Source: an uncultured Acidiphilium sp.
GTDB lineage: Bacteria; Bacillota; Clostridia; Christensenellales; Borkfalkiaceae
DNA: 38,167 bases
NCBI GenBank assembly: GCA_964482115.1
Contig: CAYZWD010000001.1
Span: 1-38,167, forward strand
Direction: 5' to 3'
Position 1 is the first letter of the stretch, and every line of letters begins with the position of its first letter. The notes under the pieces are model-generated. The model was not told where the DNA came from and made no database searches. It saw only the letters and a program-made list of their open reading frames with translations. Position numbers and translations under genes: made by a program. Positions 16,047 through 28,000 of this stretch are shown here, piece by piece.

Positions 16047-18872
16047 TTAGCCGTTCAAGGTCCAGTTGTAAGCGGTGCTTTCAAGCTCTATCCAGAAAGT
16101 TCTGGTCATGTTGCTTTCAACCCTTATTCTTAAACCTAGCTCTTCGCTTACGTAGCAAGTGTATTGGCTGCTGCCGCGCTTACCGGTGTTAGCGCTGTCT
16201 AACGCAAAGCCGCATTTGCCTAGTTCGCTGGTTAAAAGCGCTATAATGTCTGCGTAGAACGGGGTGATTTTTAAGTTCTCGTCGCACAAATCGTAAGAAA
16301 CGGTGAACGAAAGACCTTCTAAATAAGTGGTTGCGCCGCTAGAATTTACGCCGTTTTCAACATATTCGTGCCAAGGCCCGTTAAGTCCGTCGCGGAAGGC
16401 TTTGCTTAATGCGGCGGGAATCTTGTTGAAGTTTTGGTTTTGAGCAATCGTCGTGCCGAAAATCTTTTCGACGGCGGCGTCGCCGCGTAAATATTCCATA
16501 GTGCCGATAGTAGAGTAATCGGCGTAATATTTTATCGAAGCAAAGTCTGCCCAAGTGGAGGGAACTACCCTTGCTACGTAATTATCCCAAATGCCTTCGG
16601 GCAATTCGGTAGAGTTAACGTTCGAATAAGTAGTGGTGTAATAACCGCCGTACATACCCGCTATATCGTAAGCGTAACCTACGGACCTTAATACGCCGTC
16701 GCTATCGACAGAGATAAGGAATGCGTTATCCGCGTTCATAGAAGATACCGCGTCAGACGCGTAATCCGCAAGAGTCATAGCGTAAGCTACTTCTCTAGTG
16801 ATTGCGGAATCTTTCAAAGCAAAGGTGTAAAGATATTTATCCGTGCCCTTAATAGACTCCATTTTTTGGAAATCGAAAACGTAAGGCGAAACTTTGAAGT
16901 CGGGAAGTAAATCCGCAAACTTACCGTCCTTTCTGCGGGTTCCGGTTAACGCCCTGTTATCGTATTTGTATTCAAATGTTTCGTAAGTGTTGTCTGCGTT
17001 TTGTTTATATCCGTACGCTTCGGTGTGATAGGTGTAATCGTCCAGCGTGTAAGAGTATTGCCCCGTTTCGTTGATGAGCGCACCCTCTTGGGTAACTACC
17101 CCGCGAACGCCTACCGTGCCGCTGGTAGAAAGATAGTTGCGGATCGAAATTTCGCTAGTATCGTTACGCTTGCCGTCGTCTTCGGCAGCGGCGGTAACGG
17201 AATAGCTAGAAACGCCGCTCATATCGTAATCGTTAGGATCGAGCGAGGGAGCGTATCTCTGGCTTTCAACCATACTAAAGGTATAGCTTTCAACCCGACC
17301 ACTCATGTTGGAGAGCGCGGTGCTTAAAGCGGCGAAATAAGTCTTAACGCCTTCGCCTACGGTTTCGGAATAAGGAGCGGGGCTAGCGACTACGGTGCTG
17401 CCGACGTCTTCAAAAGTAAAGGTACAAACGGTGTTTTGATAGCCTATTACCTCTTCGCCGCCTTCTTCGTCTACCTCGTAAAGGTTAATTTCTGCGGTGG
17501 TTGCCACGATTTGATCGATAACCTTGCCGCCCTTGCCGTCCGATTTTAAGAAAATACGGAATTCGTCGAATTGATCGCCCGAACCTAAAATCGGGGTAAA
17601 CGACCAAGCGATATAAGCCATTAACCATTCGTCTTCACTCGGAGTGTATTCGTAGGTTTGGAAAATCCAATCGTATTCGATCGTTCCGGGTTCGATATCG
17701 TAAGTGTAAATATCGTTTTCTTCTTCAACGAACTTGCCTAAAACCAAGCCGTCTAAGTGGTTCCAGAAGTGCCTGCCGTCGTGCGAGTTCTCGTCGGAAT
17801 CGTACCAAACGATGGGGTTGCTATTCGAATCTTTAAGCTGTTTTGCTACGCTTTCGTTATCCTTATTAACGTAAAGCTCGTTTACGTAATAGTTGCCGTT
17901 GCCGTCCGAATTGCCTTTAGCGTAAGTATTTGCGTTAACGGTGGGGTTTTTAACGCCCGCAACGCTCGATTCGCCGTACCAACGGTCGCCGTCCATTTTA
18001 ACTACGGTATTATATATCGTATCGCGGCTGTTGCCGTCCGACGAGCTGTTATATTTAACTACGTCTTTAATAACGGCGTTTACGGTTATTTTTTGGTTTG
18101 CAATATTATTGAGCATGTCTTGGGTAAGATCGCCGACGCTGCCCTCTTGAAGTTTGTTTTTAACGGTGATTTCGATTTCTTCAGACAAAGTGCTTAATGC
18201 GTTAGAGGTTACCGTTACCGTTACGGGCACGCCCGCTTTGGGAAGCTCCTTGTTTTCGTCTGCAACGACTAAAACGTTGTTAGCCGAATCGTATCTAACC
18301 AAACCTTCGTAACCCTCGGGTTCTTCGAAACTAACGCTGAAAGACGTATCGTCGTAAGGCAAGTTAGAAATGCTAACGTCTAAACGGATAGCGTTTTCCG
18401 TGCCGGGGCGAAGTACGGTTTTAGCGCTTTCTGAAGTTACGCTTTTAGCCGCAACGGTTAATACGGGTCTGGTTGCCGCACTGTTTTTTAATACCTTTAT
18501 GTTTTTGGTTTTGCTGATAGACGTATCGCGAACCAATTCGACGGTAATAGCAACGTCGGTATCAACCTCAACGCGGGCGGCGTCCGCCACCTTTAAGAAG
18601 AAGTTAACGCTGTCTGCGGAGGTTTCTGAAATTATCTCTACCAAAGAGGGGTTGCCCGAAACGATGTTATAAGCCGAATCGTCCGAGACTGCTACTACGA
18701 CGGGAAGTTTTTCGCCGTTTTTGATGGTGCTTGCAAAACTAACGCTGATAGTGGGCTTGTCGTTTGAGCCGCTGCCGTCGCCATTGTTTTTACAAGCGAC
18801 GAACGAAAATGCGGTTAACAGCGCAACTACCAATGCAGTTAAGCGTTTTGCGGTTAATGCAAATTTTTTCAT
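16047..18872 (-). CDS. Surface lipoprotein (941 aa). It has two N-terminal Ig-like modules plus a domain of about 700 aa of unknown function, and is a paralogue of the 819-aa gene upstream.
   Basis: MKKFALTAKRLTALVVALLTAFSFVACKNNGDGSGS carries the lipobox FVAC. GGAG lies 8 nt upstream of the ATG. Collinear motif matches to the 819-aa protein are listed in the findings. Confidence 0.9.
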   Translation of the reverse strand: MKKFALTAKRLTALVVALLTAFSFVACKNNGDGSGSNDKPTISVSFASTIKNGEKLPVVVAVSDDSAYNIVSGNPSLVEIISETSADSVNFFLKVADAARVEVDTDVAITVELVRDTSISKTKNIKVLKNSAATRPVLTVAAKSVTSESAKTVLRPGTENAIRLDVSISNLPYDDTSFSVSFEEPEGYEGLVRYDSANNVLVVADENKELPKAGVPVTVTVTSNALSTLSEEIEITVKNKLQEGSVGDLTQDMLNNIANQKITVNAVIKDVVKYNSSSDGNSRDTIYNTVVKMDGDRWYGESSVAGVKNPTVNANTYAKGNSDGNGNYYVNELYVNKDNESVAKQLKDSNSNPIVWYDSDENSHDGRHFWNHLDGLVLGKFVEEENDIYTYDIEPGTIEYDWIFQTYEYTPSEDEWLMAYIAWSFTPILGSGDQFDEFRIFLKSDGKGGKVIDQIVATTAEINLYEVDEEGGEEVIGYQNTVCTFTFEDVGSTVVASPAPYSETVGEGVKTYFAALSTALSNMSGRVESYTFSMVESQRYAPSLDPNDYDMSGVSSYSVTAAAEDDGKRNDTSEISIRNYLSTSGTVGVRGVVTQEGALINETGQYSYTLDDYTYHTEAYGYKQNADNTYETFEYKYDNRALTGTRRKDGKFADLLPDFKVSPYVFDFQKMESIKGTDKYLYTFALKDSAITREVAYAMTLADYASDAVSSMNADNAFLISVDSDGVLRSVGYAYDIAGMYGGYYTTTYSNVNSTELPEGIWDNYVARVVPSTWADFASIKYYADYSTIGTMEYLRGDAAVEKIFGTTIAQNQNFNKIPAALSKAFRDGLNGPWHEYVENGVNSSGATTYLEGLSFTVSYDLCDENLKITPFYADIIALLTSELGKCGFALDSANTGKRGSSQYTCYVSEELGLRIRVESNMTRTFWIELESTAYNWTLNG

Positions 18873-18924
18873 TTTTTTTACTCCTTTATGTAATAAAAAT
18901 TTTTTTTTCGTTTTTTATTTAGAA

Positions 18925-21384
18925 TTACTCTGCCCAAAGGTACACGAATAAATCTAAGCCTTCGTCGGCGGGCTTAATAACCAAGTTGCAGCCCGCTTTT
19001 CTGTATTCTCCGCTACCGTCCGCAGCTTTTGCGAACCCTTTAGCCTTTAAAAACGCGTCTATCTTGTCTAGCGAAGAATTAATCGTATAGTCCATATCCA
19101 GCGGAACGTCGTAATAAAGCTTAACGGTGCTTATAGCTTTATAAGAGTTGCCTACCGGTTTTTGATATATTTGAGGCATGCCTAAGCCGAAAGTATCGCC
19201 CAAAGCGTCCGCGTCGCTGAAGAAAGGTATTTCTTCGGCGGTTATGCCGCTAAGCGCGGGTATGCCGTTTTTACCGAAGAAATAGCTAGCAAAATAATCG
19301 CCCGCGGGAATTAAAGTTTCGGTTTCGTATTCGGCAATGATGGCCACGTCGTTCCATTTAGTGGGTAGCGGCTTAGAATCAAACGCGTTTATGCGCGCTA
19401 AGTCTTTATCCGCAACGGTTGCCGTGTTAAAATCGGAATAAGTAATATCTACCACGCCGTAAAAACCTTGGCTATCTATGCTGTAATAAAAGCCCGAACC
19501 TACTATATAATAATCGCCGTTAACGGCTTGAACGTCTACGTAAGTGGCGAACTCGGTAGTTCCGCTAACGCCTATAGCCGCAAATAAGCCGTAAAGGTTT
19601 ATATCGTTGCCTACGCCGCTATAAAACTCGGTTGCCACGGTAGACATTGCGTCGTCCGCGATAAAGCGGGTAAGCTCGGCTTCTTCGTCGTAATAACAGC
19701 CGCGGTTGAATATTTCCGCACAGAAATCGAAATCGGGAGTGGCGTCGCTAACGCTGCCGCGATAAGAACGCGTAGGCGCGTAAGTATAATCGCCGTCCGC
19801 AGTTTCGGTATAAAAGAAGGTGTTGTAAACGCCGAGATAATCGTCGCTGTTTCTGTACCCGTAAGAACCTTCGTCCGTAAAGATTTCGCTACTTGCGTAA
19901 GAAGAAGTGTACGGGCGGAAGTAACATACGTCTTGGGTTACTACTTCTTGATAACCGCTAACCGTGGTAGAGGCAAGCCCTTGCATTGCCGAAACGTTGA
20001 TAAGCTCGGTTTTGTAAGAGGTTAACGCTTGCATGTTGGCTATTGCGGTTTGAAGTTTGCGGTATTCCGCTTTGGTGGGCGCGTCTTCGTAATCGTCGAT
20101 TTTAACGTAGCCTCGCATTACGGGAACTTCGGCAGAATCGGACGCGTCTAGCGCGACGTAAAGCCTTTGTTTTGCCATATAGCCCGCTACTATAGAATAA
20201 TCTTTGCCCGAAGCGGCGCATATACCTATAATTTCGCCGTCGTCGATTATAAGCTCGAACGTGCCGTTATCGTCTACGAAAAAGTCGTAAGGATCGCACG
20301 AGGCGATCATGTTTTTAACGAGCTCGCTGCCCGCGTATTTGTATTGCCAACGCCAAGATTGTTCGTTGAACGTAAAGTCTGCCGCGGTTAAACCTTTAAA
20401 GCAGTTATAATAACCCGCTTCCGACCAAAGAACCTTTTCTCCGTTTGCGGTTTTTAAGGGATAACGGCTTAAACGGTTGTTAAAGTCTAACGTGGTTTCG
20501 CACGCGTAACCTTGGTCGTCGCACTCGAAAAAGATTTGTTGGCTTATACCTACGCTTGCGTTTTCATACTCGGCATACCACTTGCCCGTTTCCATAGCCG
20601 TGCGCATGGTTACCGTGTTAGACTGAACCAGCGTTTCGCGTACGCCGCCCGAGCCTAGGTCGGTTTCGGTGTAAATATCTATCATTATAAAGCCGTCGAA
20701 CGAGATGATTTCGTTTTCGCCGCAAAGTGCTTGAACCATTTCGTCGGTAAGCTCGGTTTTAGCAACCGAAGTTACGGCTTTGGTGGCTTTTACCGTGGGA
20801 TCGGCTTCGGAAACGGCAGTTACTTTTAAAATTTTATCGCCGGTAACGTCGCTACCCGTAAACTCTATTGAATTAGCGGTTTTAGCGCCCTCTATAGCCG
20901 CGCCGTCGTTTTCAACCTCGAACTTAATCTTTTTATCGGCTTCGGTTTGCGCGCCGCTTATTTGTGCGGTGAACTTAACCGTTTGCCCCGCTTTTACGGT
21001 GGCGGTTTGCTTGCCGTCTACCGTGCAGTCGAGCGAAATTTCGAGTTTTGCGGGCGTTTGAACGTTTGCCGTAAACGTAACCCGTTGCGACGCGGGCGAA
21101 ACCGAATAACCTTCCGCAAACGCTTTTACGTATATAACGCTATCTACCGTGGTATCGGCTAAGTTATAAGAAGTTTGCTCGGTTTGGTTTTGCGCCTCGT
21201 TTATAAATACGTAGTAGCCTTGCGCATTTTCAACCGCGCCCCACGTTATTAACCCGTCGTCGCTGACGGCAACGTTTTGGGGGGCGGAAAGCGCCTTAGG
21301 CTCGGTAGCAATTAAATCGCATGCCGCCGCGCTTACGCACAAGCAAGCCACTAGCAACAAACATATAAGTTTTTTTAGTTTCAT
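18925..21384 (-). CDS. Surface lipoprotein (819 aa). It has an Fn3-like module, an Ig-like module and a domain of about 600 aa of unknown function, and is a paralogue of the 941-aa gene.
   Basis: MKLKKLICLLLVACLCVSAAACDL is a signal peptide with a lipobox. APQNVAVSDDGLITWGAVENAQGYYVF is an Fn3-type motif. The GGAG RBS directly abuts the stop codon of the preceding gene (RBS 21392-21395, stop 21396-21398). Confidence 0.9.
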   Translation of the reverse strand: MKLKKLICLLLVACLCVSAAACDLIATEPKALSAPQNVAVSDDGLITWGAVENAQGYYVFINEAQNQTEQTSYNLADTTVDSVIYVKAFAEGYSVSPASQRVTFTANVQTPAKLEISLDCTVDGKQTATVKAGQTVKFTAQISGAQTEADKKIKFEVENDGAAIEGAKTANSIEFTGSDVTGDKILKVTAVSEADPTVKATKAVTSVAKTELTDEMVQALCGENEIISFDGFIMIDIYTETDLGSGGVRETLVQSNTVTMRTAMETGKWYAEYENASVGISQQIFFECDDQGYACETTLDFNNRLSRYPLKTANGEKVLWSEAGYYNCFKGLTAADFTFNEQSWRWQYKYAGSELVKNMIASCDPYDFFVDDNGTFELIIDDGEIIGICAASGKDYSIVAGYMAKQRLYVALDASDSAEVPVMRGYVKIDDYEDAPTKAEYRKLQTAIANMQALTSYKTELINVSAMQGLASTTVSGYQEVVTQDVCYFRPYTSSYASSEIFTDEGSYGYRNSDDYLGVYNTFFYTETADGDYTYAPTRSYRGSVSDATPDFDFCAEIFNRGCYYDEEAELTRFIADDAMSTVATEFYSGVGNDINLYGLFAAIGVSGTTEFATYVDVQAVNGDYYIVGSGFYYSIDSQGFYGVVDITYSDFNTATVADKDLARINAFDSKPLPTKWNDVAIIAEYETETLIPAGDYFASYFFGKNGIPALSGITAEEIPFFSDADALGDTFGLGMPQIYQKPVGNSYKAISTVKLYYDVPLDMDYTINSSLDKIDAFLKAKGFAKAADGSGEYRKAGCNLVIKPADEGLDLFVYLWAE

Positions 21385-21395
21385 TTGCGCTCTCC

Positions 21396-21974
21396 TTAAT
21401 ATCCGTAGGTTATTTTAACGACAGCCTCGCACATTTTTCCGGTTTTTTCGTCCACGATAAAATTGAACGAATATTGCGCGGTGCTAACGCGAACGCCATC
21501 GAAATTAACGCTGAACGAAACGCCGCCGAAACAGCCTAGTTCACCGATAAAATCTCCTACGTTATCATCGGAAACCTTGCCGCTGAGCACACCGCTAGAA
21601 CAATCGAAACTGTTAAAAAGCTTTTCTTTTAAATTAAAAACTACTAAATCCGCGCGGTCGATAGTTTCGGTTTTCGTATCCGTAACCGTAGTCCTTTCGA
21701 ACGTGGTGGGATCTATCGCGGTGGTTTGGGTTATTACCGTCGCTTCGTTGCCGCTTTCGAACGCTTGCGTTCTTTTAACGCTTTTTATAACGTAAGAACC
21801 GTCTTTATACTCTATTTCCGTAACGACGGTTTTTGCCGCCCTCACGGACGACGAGTACGCCTTTTTAGCGTCGGTAACGGTGTTTACGCTATTTGAACCG
21901 CCCGTTCCGCAACCCGCAAGCAACGTTGCCGCAACGACTAGCGCCGCGATTAAAGTTAACAATGTTTTTTTCAT
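21396..21974 (-). CDS. Small lipoprotein (192 aa) of unknown function, placed directly between the subtilase gene and the 819-aa lipoprotein gene.
   Basis: MKKTLLTLIAALVVAATLLAGCGTGGSNS carries the classical lipobox LLAGC. A weak AAGGG RBS lies 8 nt upstream. The mature part appears all-beta. Confidence 0.85.
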   Translation of the reverse strand: MKKTLLTLIAALVVAATLLAGCGTGGSNSVNTVTDAKKAYSSSVRAAKTVVTEIEYKDGSYVIKSVKRTQAFESGNEATVITQTTAIDPTTFERTTVTDTKTETIDRADLVVFNLKEKLFNSFDCSSGVLSGKVSDDNVGDFIGELGCFGGVSFSVNFDGVRVSTAQYSFNFIVDEKTGKMCEAVVKITYGY

Positions 21975-21994
21975 ATATTTTACCCTTTATTGCG

Positions 21995-22016
21995 CCCCGC
22001 CGCGTTTGCGGCGGGG
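21995..22016 (-). promoter_or_regulatory. GC-rich stem-loop between the subtilase stop codon and the start of the small lipoprotein gene.
   Basis: ccccgccgc - gttt - gcggcgggg forms a perfect 9-bp all-GC stem. No U-tract follows on either strand, so it is unlikely to be a full terminator. Confidence 0.55.
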
Positions 22017-22028
22017 GCTAATCGTTAA

Positions 22029-25000
22029 TTAGTCGCCTAATATCGAACTTTCGATATCGTTTATCGCGCCGTTTACCGAATTCATGTATTCGCCGAACGC
22101 CGCAACCAACGCGTTGTATTTATCGAGGTTTAACAGCGTGCGTTGCGAACCTTTAAGCTCGTCTATACGCGCGGTTAAATCGCAAAGCTTATCTATCAAG
22201 CCTAAATCGAATTCGCTAGGCAATGCGGTAAGCTCGGCGTCTAACGCCTTGATTTTTTCGCTTGCCTGTGCGATTTTAAGCTTTCTTACAGCCTCTTTGG
22301 CTTGCTCGGTAGCTAAGCGGTAACTTGCCCATTCTTGAGCGGTAAACGCACCTCCGAAGAATTTTTGCGCGTCGGAATCCTTAACCGCGGAATACGCCGC
22401 AACCGCTTTGGTAACCAAAGCCTCGTCGCTAAGCTCTATTTCACGCGAGTTCAATATCGCGATTATTTGCTTGGCGTAGGTAACGAAGTCGGACATGTCG
22501 CCGTCCATTGCCAAATACGATTTATCCGTGCGGGTGAATCTGCCGAAGTACGCTTTGTATACCACCGCGTCGTACCCTTCGGTCTTTTTGTTTACCGTAT
22601 CGGGTAAATACATGGGTATAGGCGCGTTTTTGCCAACTAAATCTACGAAGTTATAGTAGCAAAGTTCCAAGTTGAACAAGTTGAGGTATGCGTGGAGCTG
22701 ACCGTACGCGTATTCGTTATCTTTATTAAGGGTTACGGACGCGGTATAGTCGTAATCGCTCTCTAACGCGGGGGCAGCGTAAGACCTAAAGTATACGCCC
22801 CAACCTTCGTCGTATTTATCCTCTTTGAGTAGCCCCGTATAGCCGTAGAACGCGTAATTACCTATTTGCTTTAACGATTCGGGAAGAACTATTTTTACTA
22901 CGTTTTTGTTGGCGTTGCCCGCGTAGTATTCTACGCGAACCGTGCCCTCGGCAACGTAAAGTTCGGTAACCGTTTGTCCGCTTAACGTTTTGAGGTTTGC
23001 GGGAACGGATTTAAGCTGTAAATCGCCGTTTGCGGTTATATCGTAAAGCATACCGCTTTCGATCGCCACGAACGAGTTGATAAGTTTACTATCTACCTTG
23101 CCGCCGTTTTCGGTGTAAACGAAACGCTCTAACGCGTTGCAACCCGCGAATACGGACTTTCCTATTATTTGCAACGAAGAAGGTATTGCGAATTCTTTAA
23201 GGTTTTTATTGCCGCCGAGCGCGGTGCAATCGAACGCGCTGTCGCCCAAAACGATAAGCTTAGGCGCGTTGAACGACTTAACGGCAGTATCTTTAAACGC
23301 GTATGCCGAAACAAAAAGCAGTTCGGGCGCGTAAATATCGCACGAAAGTGCCTCGTTGTTGGCAAAAGCCGCCTCGCCGATATAAACGGCGCCGGTTAAA
23401 TCTACCGTTTTTAAAGTGCGCGGCGAGTCGCTTGCAATAGCTTGAGCAAACGCATAGTCGCCTATTTCTTCAACGTGAGAAAGGTTTACGTTTACCAAAG
23501 ACGAGCAGCTGCCGAACATATAGTCGCCAACGGTGGTTACGCTTTGCGGAAGCGTTACGTTTACTAAGTTAGCGCAACCGAAGAATACCGAGTTGCCGCC
23601 GAAGTGCATGGTTTTTGCGAGGCTTACAGCGGTGCTTTGCGCGCCCGCTTCGAAAGTAACTCCTTCCGGAATGGTTATTTCGGTAAGACCTAAGCAGTAC
23701 ATAAACGCTCCGTCGCCTATATATTCTAATGTAGACGGAAGTTTTACTTTTTGGAAGGAGGGCGAAACGCCCGCCGTGGTAAGCTTACCGAACGAGTAAT
23801 CGCCGATGGCAACGGTGGTCGCGCTGCCGCTGATTTCGTTGCCGTCCTCGTCGTATTCGGCAAAGCTTAAATTCATTAGCGAAGAACATTCCGCAAAAGC
23901 AGAGTTTTCAACGGTTATAACGCCCGAAAGGTTAACGCCGGAAACGGAACGGCAGTTATAGAACGCTTGAAGCGGTATAACTTCGGTTACGTTTTTGAAG
24001 TTGAGCGTGCCTTTTAACAATACGTCGTTGGCAAAGCATGCGTCGCCTAAAACTACGCCGCCCTTTTCGCCGTCGGCAACCTCGGGTAAAACGAGTTCGG
24101 TAAGCGCGCGCGCGTTTTGGAACGCGCCCATACCTATAACGGTATTTTTGCCTAAAACAACCTTTTTAACGCGGCTTTCGTAGAACGCGCCCTCTCCCAC
24201 GGTTGCGCCCGCGCCGATATCGGCTTGGGTTACGGCTGAACCCGCAAACGCGTATTCGCCTATCGTTGAAACTTTATTTAAGTTTTCAACCGTTAAATCG
24301 GTGTAAATAACTTTTTCGGCGCCGGTAGCGGGATCTATTTGAACGCTTTGACCGACGTATGCGAACGCGAACTCGCCTATTTGCGCTCCGCCCGCGGGTA
24401 AAACCACCCTTTCGAGCTTGCCGCTGTTGGCAAACGCGTAATCGCCTATTATAAAGCCGGTTTTGTTAATCGTTACCGAAGTTAGGTTGCTCCCCGCGAA
24501 CGCCGAAGCGCCTATCGAGTTATAAGAAGAATCGGCGCCGATAACGAGGTCCGTTTGTTTTGAGTTGGCGAACGCGAAGATTATTTCGCCGCCGTCTTTG
24601 CTTACCAAGAACGCGTCGCCCGCTTCGGGTGCGGCGTAGTGTGCGTTTTCGGGATCGATAACGAAAGTATCGACCGCGGTAGATTCGAATACCGTGCCGC
24701 CGATTGCGGTTATTGCGGTGTTTTTATTGAACTTAACCGTTTTTAGCGAACCGCACATATAGAAACAGTACGCGCCTAGCGAAACTTCGCAGTCCGGCAG
24801 TTCGAACGCGGTTAACGCAGAGTCGTTATAGAAAGCTTGATCGCCTATGCTACTAACTTTCGCGTCGGAATCTAAAACGAACGAAGTAAGCGCAGAACAA
24901 TCGCTGAACGCGCCCGTAGATATTTTTTCGAGCGAGTTTTTAAGCGTTACACTCTCTAACGAGGCGCATTTTGCAAAGCAATATTCGGGGATTTCTTTGG

Positions 25001-28000
25001 TTTCGTAAAGCGTTATGCTCTTTAAGCCCGACCGCGCGAACATTGCGTAAGAAAGCTTAGTGTGTTCGTTGGTTATAACTTCGGTAAGAGCGGTACAATC
25101 TTTAAACGCCTCGCGCCCGGTGTTGCGCAACGTTTCTAAGTTGACGGATTTAAGCGAAACGCAGCCGTCGAACGCGCGAACGCCTATCGAAGTTATTTTT
25201 TCAAGATTGATAACTTCTAGCTTTTTGCACGCCGCGAACGCTTGCGCGCCGATAACCAGCACGTCGCCGCCCAGCTCGCCCGATGCGCTTACGCTTTGAA
25301 CGCCGCCGTTTATTACGCGGGTGCGGATATCTTTGAGTTTAACGTCGCCGTAGAACGAATATTCGCGAATATATTTTAAGGTAGTGGGAAGAACCACGCT
25401 TTCGAGCTTAACGCAATTATAGAACGCGTATTTTTGAATTTCTTCAACGCCCTCGGGTATAATCACGCGGGTTACGAACGAGTTGCCGTCCGGAACTTTA
25501 TTCGCGTCGTAATCGTCGTCGTCTAAAATAACGTCTCTATCGGTGGTGTATAAGCAGAACGCGTAAGAACCGATATACAAAATACCCTCGTCGTCGGGAA
25601 TTTCTACCTCGCCGCCGATGCCTTTATAGGCTATAAGCGTTCTGTTTTCTATTACGAACGGATTTTTAACTTCTATACCTACCGTTGCCGATATGTAAGA
25701 AATAGCGCCCGTTTGCTTGTTTTTGGCTTTCAGCGTTACCGTTACGTAGCCCTCTGCCAAAGCGCGAACGTTACCCTTTGCGTCGACCGAAGCTACCGTG
25801 GGATCGGTAGTTTCGTAATACAATTCGTAATTAGAAGCGCAATGCCAAGGCGTAACCTCGTAATAAAGCGTAACGCGCTCGCCGGGGTACATTTTTATAG
25901 TGCCGTTAGAAGCGGAAATAAAGTTGACCGAACCGGTTGAACCTATCTCGCTGGTTTGCGCTGCCAAAGCGTGTGCGTAAGCCGTTTGGAAATGCGAAAA
26001 ACGAATTTCTTCAAGCCCGCCGTCGTTGTCGAACGGAGTTACTCCGACTTGCGCGGAATCGCTCGGGCGCGAACCCTTTTTAACGTTGATTATAACCACG
26101 GCTTGCAATCCGTCCATTCTCTCGCGAACGGTTACGGTTGCGCGCCCCGAAGTTAAGGTTTTAACCACACCTTTATCGACCTCTATAACGTTCTCGTTAG
26201 AACTTATCCAAGTGAGGTGGGATAAATAGTCTTCGTTTTCTCTGCTTTCGCCGATGGTTTCGTCTGCCGTGTAAAGATATTTTTTGAGGTCTATAAGCTC
26301 GTTTTCGTACGCGGTGAAAATAATTAAGTCTTCACCGTTGTTTTCGCCGTTTTTGGTGAACTTGAATTCGCCCGCCGTACCGGGAAGCTGACATACGAAA
26401 ATGTTAGTGTTCAACGCGTAGTCGTCGATAGAGAAACAAATCGCGTTGGGTATTAACGAATCGTTATAAATATCCTCTAAATAGTCGGTTATTTCAAAGG
26501 TGAGCGTGCAATCTTGCCCCTTTTGCCCGTTTACGGGAATGGGAACGTCGGTTAAGAACGTGTAGGTTGAGCTCGAAGTGAAAATAACCGGGTTAACGGA
26601 CATCGCGTAGTGATTATCGTATACGGTGAGCGTTATATAATAACGGTATTTTTTCTCCGTTTCGTCGTATTCGCGGGTGTATTCCGCGTTTTTGAGGATA
26701 GGCGCTTCGTTATCCATAGTGAATTCGAAGCTGAACGAATTGTTTTTGTTGGTATATAATCCGCCGGGATTTTCCGCGTCGTCTAAATTATAATCGAGCA
26801 AGCCCGTCATCGAGAACACGTATACGTGGTTGTTTATAAACCCTTGTTGCAACGAATAAAGCCTGAGCGATTCGTAATAAGGCATCGGTGCGCCCGAGGG
26901 TGCGTACGATTTGCTCGCGTTGTGGTCTATAAAGCTCCAAACCACTTCTCCCGTAACTTTGTCCGTTACGGTGTAATACATTTCCTTAGCGCCGCGCAGT
27001 AAGCCCGCGCCGATAGTGCTTATGCCGTCTATCGCGCCTAACGTGTCCGAAACGGAGGCGTGCTCTTCGGTCGCGGGGATAGCGTCGTAAGCGCCGGTAT
27101 CGTAAAGATACGTACCGAGCGGAATCATGTAGTTATAGAAATACGAACCGTAAGGCGTGGTTGCGTAATAATCCGCCTTAATTTTGTCGTCGTAATCGAT
27201 AGCGTCGTCGTGTGCGGTAGATTCAACCTCATAATAGGTTTTATCGAACATGGGCGCTTCGGTCCAATCGCCGTAGAAAGCAAGGAAAGGCGCGTTTAAG
27301 TCGACTTCGCCGTTGCCTATCGCCTTGAACTTTAAAAAGCCCTCTACGTACATGCCGTTTTCAAAATGCGAATCTATATACTTTTTATCCGCAGCGTCGA
27401 GCGTGTAAGTAACTTCTACCTTAACGGACTGCCCCGCCGGAACGGTTATTCTGCCGCTCGTAACTTCGGTAGCGGTAGTGCCGTTTACCGTTTTAACGAC
27501 GGTTGCCCCGCCGAGCATATACGGCGTTTCGGCTACGTGCTTATCGTCCGAAGTGGAAACGCTTTCGGTCATCGCTACGAGCGAACAATCGTAAGAAACG
27601 GCAGACGAAGATATGTTAACCACGTTCACGGTCATGGTGTAAACGCCGGTGCGGTTTTTATCGTCGCCGAGTTCGATTTTGCTGCGGTCTAAGCCGTCTA
27701 CCGTGATATAAGCTTTGGTTTTAACGGTGTTTGCAAAATTTGCAAGCCCCGCGCCTTGTTTACGCGGCGAATAGGGGTTGTTTTCTTCGTTTTTAACGAT
27801 ATCCGCGGTGGACATCATTAGTTGGTTAGCAAGGTTTTTAATATCCTTGTCGCTCAAATTAAGCGATTGCTTGTAGTTATCCTTTATGTATTGACGGATT
27901 AAAACCACTATACCGCAAAGGTTGGGCGTTGCCATCGACGTACCGGACATCTGGTCGTAGCGGTATTGAACATTTCCGTTATCGTCGGTATAGCTGCCGG

